Positions 1-10,617 of a stretch of 64,000 bases of DNA are shown piece by piece. The first letter of the stretch is position 1. Each line of letters starts with the position of its first letter. Location: NCBI GenBank assembly GCA_950097015.1, contig CATNEN010000008.1, positions 3,720,001 through 3,784,000 on the forward strand, given 5' to 3'. The notes under the pieces were generated by a model, which searched no databases, was not told the DNA's origin, and saw only the letters and a list, made by a program, of their open reading frames with translations. The DNA is from Macrostomum hystrix. Lineage: Eukaryota > Animalia > Platyhelminthes. The translations under genes were made by a program, and so were the position numbers.

Positions 1-529
1 GACAAGAACAGTTGACAATGTCTGACAAGAACAAAACTCTAGAAATCTCGAGTACTGCCCTGAATTTTCAGTCCATATTTTCGTATAGGTTTCATGTGCA
101 TGTATAAATTACAAATCCTGATTTATACAGTACAAAAAAGCTTTCAATTCCTAAGGTTTTTTGGATTCACAATTAATTCCGAAACTTTAAACGCAATTTC
201 GTCTTGTCTAGCGTCAAGTTTTTTAGTTTTTTGTTTTTTTCTGAAAGTTGACAATGAACTTTTCTGTTTTCCTGTTGAACTTTATTATATTTTTTCCTTG
301 ATCATCTATTCATAGTCGGCACAGAGCCTTTGGTTTGCAGTGAATTATGTACTTTAAATTCAATGTTTGCTTGTATAGATAAAAAAAAAACAATTTCGAG
401 TACGTAATTTACCCTTGTATTGCAGCCGCTGCTACTATACAGCACCAATAAGTCGGCCTTGTTCACATTTGTTTGTGACATTAAACCCAATAGCACTTGG
501 GATTAATATAAAATTGGAAATGTGGACGC

Positions 530-1278
530 TAATTACAGGTGAAACGGCAGCTCCCCGGGCAGAACTGAACCGCTAATTACAGGTGAGAGGGCAGCACCCC
601 AGACAGAACTGGAACTGATAATTACAGGTGAGAGGGCAGCACCCCAGACAGAACTGGAACTAATAATTACAGGTCAGAGGGCAGCACCCCAGACAAAACT
701 GGAACTGATAATTACAGGTGAGAGGCAACACCACTGAAAAAACTGAACCGCTAATCATAGGTGAGATGGCAGCACCCCAGGCAGAACTGGAACTGCTAAT
801 TACAGGTGAGAGGGCAGCACCCCAGACAGAACTGGAACTGATAATTACAGGTCAGAGGGCAGCACCCCAGACAAAACTGGAACTGATAATTACAGGTGAG
901 AGGCAACACCACTGAAAAAACTGAACCGCTAATCATAGGTGAGATGGCAGCACCACAGGCAGAACTGGAACTGACGATTACAGGTGATATGGCAGCACTC
1001 TAGATAAAACTGCAACTGCTAATTAAAGGTGAGATGGCAGCGCCCCAGGCAGAACTGGAACTGATAATTACAGGTGAGGGCAGCACTCTAGACAGAACTG
1101 CAACTGCTAATTACAGGTGAGATGGCAGCACCCCAGGCAGAACTGTAACTGATAATTACAGGTGAGGGCAGCACCCCAGACAGAACTGGAACTGATAATT
1201 ACAGGTGAGAGGCAACACCACTGAAAAAACTGAACCGCTAATCATAGGTGAGATGGCAGCACCCCAGACAGAACTGAA
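530..1278. repeat. Minisatellite, ~45-bp unit (GGCAGCACCCCAGACAGAACTGGAACTGATAATTACAGGTGAGAG-like)
   Basis: Period measured at 579->624. Explains the repeating AAPQTELELIITGER ORF. Confidence 0.95.
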
Positions 1279-1861
1279 GCTACTAGTCAAGATAATTAGA
1301 ATAAGCATAATAAAGTTAATATTAAGAAATAAAACAAAATGTTGTAATTCTAGATTTTTAAGCATATCCTAGAAAATACAGCGCAGAGGTTACTAGAGAA
1401 CAGCAACTCGTGACGCGATGCGGTTTATTTACAAATTCATAGTTCTACGTTAAATAATAGTCAGTATTCTGCTGACAAATAAGCAATTTATGATGATTCT
1501 AAAGCCACTGTTCATTGCAATGATTACAAGAATGTTCAATATGGCCAGGTACAGTATAAGTATTCATATAAATATTTGCAAGCTACAAAGCCCTTTTCAG
1601 TGCGTTCAACGCAATTCAAACTAATGCAAAATCTACATTTACAATATAAGGAAGAACTAAAACAACTCACACTGGGGTAGGAGTAATGTTAAATTTTTGT
1701 TGCAAACAACAGCTAGTCATGGACAATACTGCTACTGCAAGATTGAGAGCATTCTAATTGGAGCTATCCGAGACCGGCGGAAAATCCATTCGCAAGTAGC
1801 GAAGAAAAAAACACATGTTTTTTTAATAGCTTCGGGGATGCCCAGAAACGAATTTACAGAG

Positions 1862-2640
1862 TAGAATAGATTTATTTCTGTGAGCAGATGAGACTGACAG
1901 AATAGGTTTCTGTGAGGAGATGAGAGTGACAGAGTAGAATAGATTCATTTCTGTGAGGAGATGAGAGTGACAGAATAGAATAGATTTATTTCTGTGAGGA
2001 GATGAGAGTGACAATAGAATAGATTTATTTCTGTGAGGAGATGAGAGTGACAGAATAGGTTTCTGTGAGGAGATGAGAGTGACAGAATAGAATAGATTTA
2101 TTTCTGTGTGGAGATGAGAGTGACAGAATAGATTTCTGTGAGGAGATGAGAGTGACAGAATAGAATAGATTTATTTCTGTGAGGAGATGAGAGTGACATA
2201 ATAGAATAGATTTATTTCTGTGAGGAGATGAGAGTGACAGAATAGGTTTCTGTGAGGAGATGAGAGTGACAGAATAGGTTTCTGTGAGGAGATGAGAGTG
2301 ACAGAATAGGTTTCTGTGAGGAGATGAGAGTGACAGAATAGAATAGATTTATTTCTGTGTGGAGATGAGAGTGACAGAATAGAATAGATTTATTTCTGTG
2401 AGGAGATGAGAGTGACAGAATAGAATAGATTTATTTCTGTGAGGAGATGAGAGTGACAGAATAGAATAGATTTATTTCTGTGAGGAGATGAGAGTGACAG
2501 AATAGTTTTCTGTGAGGAGATGAGAGTGACAGAATAGGTTTCTGTGAGGAGATGAGAGTGACAGAATAGAATAGATTTATTTCTGTGAGGAGATGAGAGT
2601 GACAGAATAGATTACTGTGAGGAGATAAGAGTGACAGACT
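1862..2640. repeat. Minisatellite, mixed 32/41-bp units (GAGATGAGAGTGACAGAATAG...TTTCTGTGAG)
   Basis: Periods measured at 2221->2253 and 2361->2402. Confidence 0.95.
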
Positions 2641-2909
2641 AAAGCAATGTTGAAAAAAATTTGTTATAAAAGTGTGACAAGCTATTAATAATTGGTTTGT
2701 TAGTTGCAGCAAAAATCTGAAAGGAATGGCTAATTTTAACAAAAAGGGGTTTGTAAAATTTGGACTCACACGGACAACTCTAGCAATATGGAACACACAA
2801 GAGAGATCGAGAAAAATGCCAAGGAATAACAGTCGAATGTTTAGCATTGTGAATTCTGAACAGAAGCATACAAGGTAGTAAATCAAATATATTGAAAAAT
2901 AAATCCAGC

Positions 2910-5900
2910 TCATTTTTTTACATAGACAACGGGAGCGGGCCCCGTGCCTTCAGAGTCGGCCGCTTCATAGGCCGAGAATTCCTCTGTGGACCCCGACGAT
3001 CTCTGATGGCGACGACCCGGCGGCGATGTCGGCGATCTAGCGCCACCGGCCAGCAGGCGAGTAACCCGACGATGACCGTCTAGGGCCATGTGACGCTTGA
3101 CAGCTGCGGCAAGTTGGTGATTGACAGGCTGCTGCTGCTGAGTATGATTTTTTAAGCCATTGGCATTGGAGTTGCCATGGTAACTGCTGTCAACCGGCTT
3201 GCCATTGTTCCTATTGCTACTATTAGCACTGTCTCTTTTATTACTGTGGCCACCGCTATTATTGTTGACCTTGGCGACGGCACCTGGCGCTGTTTTGGGT
3301 CTGGAAGAAACCATAGGAATTGATTCTTCACCGCTTCGTCCGTTGCTATGGTGATTCTGCTGCTGTTGGTTTGACGGGTGCTGCTGAGGCTTTCTAGTTG
3401 ACAAGGCGGCGGCGGCGGTGGCGGGCCTGGAATCGCCATTAGGCCGGCCAGCCTGCTGCTGCTGGTGTTGCTGCTGAAGACGGGCAAGCATGCGCTTGCG
3501 CGTAGCAGCTGACACCTGGAATGATAATGATTCATTGTAAAAAACTTTTATAGACACTGGCGACCAATCACCATCAAACTGACCAATCAGAAAGCACCAT
3601 TAAATTGACCAATCAGAAAGCACCATTAAATTAACCAATCACGAAGCACCATCAAATTGACCAATCAGAAAGCATCATCAAATTGACCAATCAGAAAGCA
3701 CCATTAAATTGACCAATCAGGCAGCACGAGACCATTAAAGGCGGATTCAAGAGTGAAACTGCCTGGTAGACATAAAAATCCTATTTTCAGCACAAACCAT
3801 TCGCGAAGTTGGATTTGGCTGCTGCTGTTGCCGTTGCTGAGAGCCGTCGCCAGCCAGCAGCATAATCTGCCTCTGCTGCCTAGGAGAATCGGCATCGCTA
3901 GCAACGGTCACAGTGGATGCCGCAGACATGGTGGCCTCAACGCTGGCGGCCACACTGGCCCGCTTGCGTAACGCCTCGATCCTGGCCTCCCTGGTGGCGG
4001 CAATCAGAGCCAGCTGGCGTCGCCTTGACAACGCAAAGAACACATCGTGCAGCTCTAGAAGTGAGGCGCGCAAACTTTTTACAACGCGCTCCTGCAGGGC
4101 CAAATCGCTGATTGCCGCGGTGCCTACAATGCCTCCGCCGCTGGCGCCGTTGCTATGCAACTGTCGCTGACGAACCAGCGAGACGGCGAATTCGGCTGTG
4201 TCTCGAATAGCTCGAACAATGGCCTAAAATATGCGCAGGTATTCCAGTTTTGAAGTGAAGCGAAGTGGCCCTTTAAATCCCACAACTGAAACCTATAAAT
4301 CCCATAAGTGAACTCTTCAAATCCCATAAGTGAAAGTGAACCTTTCAAATCCCATAAGTGAACTCTTCAAATCCCATAAGTGAACCTTTCAAATCCCATA
4401 AGTGAAACCTTTAAATCCCATAAGTGAACCTTTCAAATCCCATAAGTGAAACCTTTCAAATCCCATAAGTGAACCTTTCAAATCCCATAAGTGAACTCTT
4501 CAAATCCCATAAGTAAACTCTTCAAATCCCATAAGTGAACCTTTCAAATCCCATAAGTGAAACCTTTCAAATCCCATAAGTAAACTCTTCAAATCCCATA
4601 AGTGAACTCTTCAAATCCCATAAGTAAACTCTTCAAATCCGATAAGTGAACCTTTCAAATCCCATAAGTGAACTTTTCAAATCTTATAAGTGAACTTTTC
4701 AAATCCCATAAGTGAACCTTTCAAATCCCATAAGTAAACTCTTCAAATCCCATAAGTAAACTCTTCAAATCCCATAAGTGAACCTTTCAAATCCCATAAG
4801 TGAACCTTTCAAATCCCATAAGTCAACTTTTCAAATCCCATAAGTTAACCTTTCAAATCCCATAAGTAAACTCTTCAAATCCCATAAGTGAACTCTTCAA
4901 ATCCCATAAGTAAACTCTTCAAATCCCATAAGTAAACTCTTCAAATCCCATAAGTGAACCTTTCAAATCCCATAAGTGAACCTTTCAAATCCCATAAGTG
5001 AACTCTTCAAATCCCATAAGTAAACTCTTCAAATCCCATAAGTGAACTCTTCAAACCCCATAAGTGAACTCTTCAAATCCCATAAGTGAACCTTTCAAAT
5101 CCCATAAGTGAACCTTTCAAATCCCATAAGTGAACTCTTCAAATCCCATAAGTGAACCTTTCAAATCCCATAAGTGAACCTTTCAAATCCCATAAGTGAA
5201 CCTTTCAAATCCCATAAGTGAACCTTTCAAATCCCATAAGTGAACTCTTCAAATCCCATAAGTGAACTCTTCAAATCCCATAAGTGAACTCTTCAAATCC
5301 CATAAGCATTTGAAATACCCCATGTGGCATGTTGTCGTTCCCCGTAGTCTTTCTACGGTTTGAAAAATCGACCCATGTATTTACCAAACGCGCTTAAAAG
5401 CTGCTCACCTGTACTCTGTCGCTCTGCATCAGGCGTCGAACTAGGAAGCCCCTACCAATGGCGGTGAGCCGGCACCAGGCTTGGTGATGGCGCGAGTGAG
5501 ATGGAGCAGACTCAAATCGAGATGACGGCTGCTGCTGCTGCTTCTGCTGCTGCCAAGAGGACTGCCTAGTACCCTGCTGATAATAGTGCAGCTGGTACTG
5601 GCTAGACGATGGCGGAGATTGCACGATGTTTGAAGGAGGAGCTGCCAGGGCAGCCTGAGCCCGCTGAAGGCGGCTCTCTTGATCCCGCAGCTCGCGCTCG
5701 CATCTCTGGCGCTCGGCTGCTGCGGCAGCCACAGCGGCGGCGGCGGCGTTGGCAGCATTGAATTCGGCGCCATCTTCAATGTCTCCAGCGTCGTCGTCTG
5801 GCAGGCTGCTCAACGCCGAGCTGCTGCAGGAGGCTCGCATGTACTGGCCTAGGTCGGTGCTCTCAGTTGGCGGAGCAGCCTCAGCAGCTGCAGCTGTTGT

Positions 5901-6485
5901 TGTCGTGGTAGCTGTAGGCGCCGCCGCGGGCAGATTCAGTGCAGCCGGCGGCAGCGTAGGCCGGTTGGGGATCACTGTGCTAACTAGGGGATCTTCGCTG
6001 CTTGAAGCGCTGTTCTTGACAACAACTGAACCGACCGATTGCTGCTGCTGCTGAGGTTGCACTTGCTGCTGCTGAGGTTGCACTTGCTGCTGCTGCTTTT
6101 GATTCTGATAGGACACGCTTAGAGCGTCTGTGCGAGTGCGCGGCTCCTGCGGTGGCGTCACTGGCGGCTGCTGCTGGTGCTGCTGCTGTTTCTGCAACAC
6201 CTGCTGCTGGTGATGCCGTCGCCAGCGCTGCTGATTTCTAGCTAGGAGGAGTCGAAGCTCAACCCGGCAGGCGGCTTCTCTGGAGACGGCGCAGGCGGCC
6301 GCGGTTTCAGTTGACAGCAGGGGCGCCGGCGGCAAGTCGGCGATGCTGCAACCGCCGCCAGGTCGTTCCAGATCCTTCAGGGCGCGAGCATTCGCAGCAC
6401 GCATGCGACTCATGCGATCCGACTGGAGCTCCAGGGAGCGGCTTTGGGCATCCAACTGGCTGAGGAGCTGGGCTGCCCGCTCCAT
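2910..6485 (-). CDS. CCP110: Centriolar coiled-coil protein CP110 homologue, 3 exons (~702 aa)
   Basis: Exons 6485-5409, 4223-3798, 3515-2910, all phase 0 with GT-AG junctions. The spliced C-terminal block RLTAIGRGFLVRRLMQSDRVQ|AIVRAIRDTAEF...DLALQERVVKSLRASLLELHDVFF...REARIE resembles, from memory, vertebrate CP110 ([52 protein letters not shown]). The N-terminal PLLSTE..REAACRVELR resembles CP110 PLLNIE..KQKALDVEARK. The ATG directly follows an AG acceptor, so an upstream exon is possible. Confidence 0.8.
3562..3735. repeat. 26-bp minisatellite (TGACCAATCAGAAAGCACCATTAAAT) filling CCP110 intron 2
   Basis: Period 3581->3607, about 6 copies. Confidence 0.9.
4272..5305. repeat. 22-bp minisatellite (AAATCCCATAAGTGAACTCTTC) filling CCP110 intron 1
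   Basis: More than 40 near-identical units read directly. Confidence 0.97.
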
Positions 6486-6572
6486 CTGCGAATTAGGACA
6501 TTCCGGGGAAGAGACCTTAACTCATTTTGTTCCCATAATACTATTTCCACACGATTCTATTAGTTTTCCCCA

Positions 6573-7633
6573 GGATGGTACTAGTTTTCCACTGGATGCT
6601 TCTGGTTTCCTCCGGATCCTACTAGTTTTCCACTGGATGCTTCTGGTTTCCTCCGGATCCTACTAGTTTTCCACTGGATGCTTCTGGTTTCCACTGGATC
6701 CTACTAGTTTTCCACTGGATGCTTCTAGGTTTCCTCCGGATCCTACTAGTTTTCCACTGGATGCTTCTGGTTTCCTCCGGATCCTACTAGTTTTCCACTG
6801 GATGCTTCTGGTTTCCTCCGGATCCTACTAGTTTTCCACTGGATGCTTCTGGTTTCCTCCGGATCCTACTAGTTTTCCACTGGATGCTTCTGGTTTCCTC
6901 CGGATCCTACTTGTTTTCCACTGGATGCTACTAGGTTTCCACCGGATCCTACTAGTTTTCCACTGGATGCTTCTAGGCTTCCACCGGATCCTACTTGTTT
7001 TCCACTGGATGCTTCTAGGCTTCCACCGGATCCTACTAGTTTTCCACTGGATGCTTCTAGGCTTCCACCGGATCCTACTAGTTTTCCACTGGATGCTTCT
7101 AGTTTCCTCCGGATCCTACTTGTTTTCCACTGGATGCTTCTAGGCTTCCACCGGATCCTACTAGTTTTCCACTGGATGCTTCTAGGCTTCCACCGGATCC
7201 TACTAGTTTTCCACTGGATGCTTCTAGGCTTCCACCGGATCCTACTAGTTTTCCACTGGATGCTTCTAGGCTTCCACCGGATCCTACTAGTTTTCCACTG
7301 GATGCTTCTAGTTTCCTCCGGATCCTACTTGTTTTCCACTGGATGCTTCTAGTTTCCTCCGGATCCTACTTGTTTTCCACTGGATGCTTCTAGTTTCCTC
7401 CGGATCCTACTTGTTTTCCACTGGATGCTTCTAGGCTTCCACCGGATCCTACTTGTTTTCCACTGGATGCTTCTAGTTTCCTCCGGATCCTACTAGTTTT
7501 CCACTGGATGCTTCTAGTTTCCTCCGGATCCTACTTGTTTTCCACTGGATGCTTCTAGGCTTCCACCGGATCCTACTAGTTTTCCACTGGATGCTTCTAG
7601 GCTTCCACCGGATCCTACTAGTTTTCCACTGGA
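6573..7633. repeat. 41/42-bp minisatellite (CCACTGGATGCTTCTGGTTTCCTCCGGATCCTACTAGTTTT)
   Basis: Direct tandem units. Explains the MLLGFHRILLVFHW ORFs. Confidence 0.97.
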
Positions 7634-8177
7634 TTCAAATAGTTTTGCAAAGGATTCCAACAAGTTTTCCACAGGATTCGAACTAGTTTTCCCGAGGATG
7701 TTGCTCATTTTTCCACTGGACTCGCTACATTCATTCTACATTTAAAATATTAGCATAGGAAACATGATAATAAATACGCATTATATATGATAGCGATAGA
7801 AAATAAACAAGACCAAGTCAACTGATTTCACAACAAAGCGGACAATTGCACAAGGTGCCAGATAGACTTAAAAATGTATTATTTCCAATTATTCTAATCG
7901 CGTATACGCATAAGCATATTTTTGTATTATCTAGAAATGTAACCAAAACAAACAATTTTGATCAGTTTATTTGTCTGAGGCGAAATTAAAGAAACACCAA
8001 ATAACAGCAAAAAACTACACTATAGCAGACTATAATTGAAACAGTAAGAACAATAACAAACAGTGACCACGTTTATTTAGTGATTAATTTCAACTAGCGA
8101 AATTTCTAGCAGTTTGGCAGCAATTAAAAACACAACAGTCAGCCCACACCCAGTAGTCCTAATAAACCGATTCTATA

Positions 8178-9385
8178 TCATATGTAGATCCCAACCCACA
8201 GGCATAGGAACAGGATGCCAAATCCCATGAACACTGACGCCACCAGAGAGATCAGAATCTCTTTAAAGATGTCGCGACTAAATTTGTTAGCTGTGACTTC
8301 GTAGACAAAGAACCAGGCGGTGAAGAAGATTCCAATGCCCAGTAGGACCAGAGTCAAGTGTGGGAATACAGCCGGGTTGATTGGCGACACATAGCGAACC
8401 ATGGAATCCAGGGCGATCTACGGACAGATATACAGGAGTGATATAAACTTTGTCCAAAGGCTTGTTCAGATAAGGACATTAATGTACAAATTAAATAGTC
8501 AACACAGTAATAATAATACTAATAATACTTACAAATTCCTACATTATTTCAATAATTATTCTTAAAGTGTTGATACATAGTAAATTTTTGAGTGGGAAGC
8601 TATATCTGTGTTATGTTTGGTTCTAATACATAAAACATAGGTGATCTAGCATTTTTGTAAATTAGCTTTTTCCATATTTTTCTGACTATTTTCTTACTCT
8701 TAATTACTATTACAATAAAAATAGAAAACAAAATTGGAACATGTAAAACGAATTAGGCCAATTTATTTTAAAGCCAGCAAATAGTTCTATGATTGTCCTA
8801 AAAATCAGTTAAATAATCAGTTCACTAACAAACACTTTTGTTTAGCAGTGAATCAACTACAAATATTTGTTTTATCATTTTCTCACTTACTGTCTTAAGA
8901 TGTGCAAGGTACATATTTATTATTAGACAGGGATTTAAGCAAAAAGGGATTTTCAAGTTTTTTATAGCAATAGTTCTAGAAATACTAGCTAGTCTACAAT
9001 TTGAGCTTACTTTTTTCTAATGGCAATATGCAGTCTAGTCCAGCCAAGACCTATATTCCCCAGTGCATTTTGCAATAACAATGATACAACTTTAAAATTA
9101 TTTGGCATGTATTTGGCACCCTGGGAAACAAATACAATTTCTGTACTTCTGGTATATGATCCTAACTATGGCTTACACTTCCACTTTCTTTGCCTACATA
9201 TGGTTCTGCAAAAATCACAAAAATGTCTTCTTAAAATACTTTTAGTACTTAAAATAACATACTAAAATACTAACTTCACAAATGCGAAAATAACGCACTT
9301 GTTTTTCAGCTCAAACCTTGCATATACATCATCATAATACTAGCTATTATATAATTTTATGTGTATAATTATGACTTACCTCCAT
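8178..9385 (-). CDS. TMEM258: Oligosaccharyltransferase subunit TMEM258 (UPF0197), 81 aa
   Basis: [37 protein letters not shown]...[24 protein letters not shown] is near-identical to known TMEM258 proteins. Proposed exon 1 is ATGGAG|gtaagt (9385-9380), spliced in phase 0 to tag|ATC at 8417, giving [11 protein letters not shown]. Confidence 0.93.
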
Positions 9386-10617
9386 TTGAGACTGAAGTGT
9401 TGACGATTCTTACAAAAAGCTGTGAGTTAAGAACAAAGCAAACTTTGCTTAATGGTTTAAAAAGTGCACTTAAAAAATTGAAATTTAGTATACTTGTTCC
9501 ACACTAACGAAATACCTGCCTATGAAAGAATTATACTAGTTGATGTGAACGGAACTTGACTTAATTGTTGCAGAAAAGTGGAGGCTTAAATTTACGCTAA
9601 AACCTGTCTAGAATACCTTAAGAATAAAACAAAAAAGCGAGATTTAAATTTTTCCCGAGCTTTTTACAGCATATTAGTAAAAACTGATAGAAAAACTAAA
9701 TTCAATAAAAATGTGCGTGGTTTATATCGTAGTTTTGACAACGAAATATTTCCTTGTACAACCCCGAACAAAATAAGATGTTGCACTCGTACTGTTGTTA
9801 ACATTACTGTTTGCTTCACAAAAAGAACAATGAAATGAAAACCAACACTCCTATAGGCCTAATCTTAGATCCTAGAACTTAGAACTCCAATAAAAATAGC
9901 ACTGATATACACATATGTTATGTTGAAGTCATTGAACAACTTGAGTAGATAATTTTCCTCTAGTTGACCTCATGTCACAATGTCCAAAAAACTGTATTAT
10001 ATTTTAGAGTGTAGCTTACTTTGGAACGCCGAGATTTAATTGCTATTATTAGCTATTAAAAGTATATAATTTCACAGGTTGGGATACATCTGCAGTGTTA
10101 ATGTTGAATTAAAAAAAACTTTCCAGTATGTACAAAAATAAATGGTTCTAAGTGCCAACAACGTCATTCTTGGGGTAGAGAAGCCATCTCTCTGCAAGGC
10201 CTATGCTACATACCCTCGGGACCATCTACCACCGACCTACTCCGGGGGTAATACAGGTAAGAGGAGTGCTAGCCTCACAAAACTAGAAATAAAATACACA
10301 AGATTGCGCTTTTATTGCTGATGGTATAGTCTTAGATTACATAATGTATGGATAAAAAGCAAAAAGTATATATCCTGCAATACGAAAACATAAACAAATT
10401 GAATACTCGTCCTCGTTTGCTTGAAGGCGAGTGTGGTCAAGTATCTATCAGGGCACGCTGGGCACAGCTTTATGCCCAGCGTTATCTGTTTTTGCATCTT
10501 TTCTGCACGCGCACCCAATTAGTCGCCTTAAAGAGTTAACAGCATAAAATATCTAAAAAATTACAGGTTCAAAACTGAAAGCGAACTTTCTCGGCCAAGC
10601 TCTATGAAAGAGCAAGC

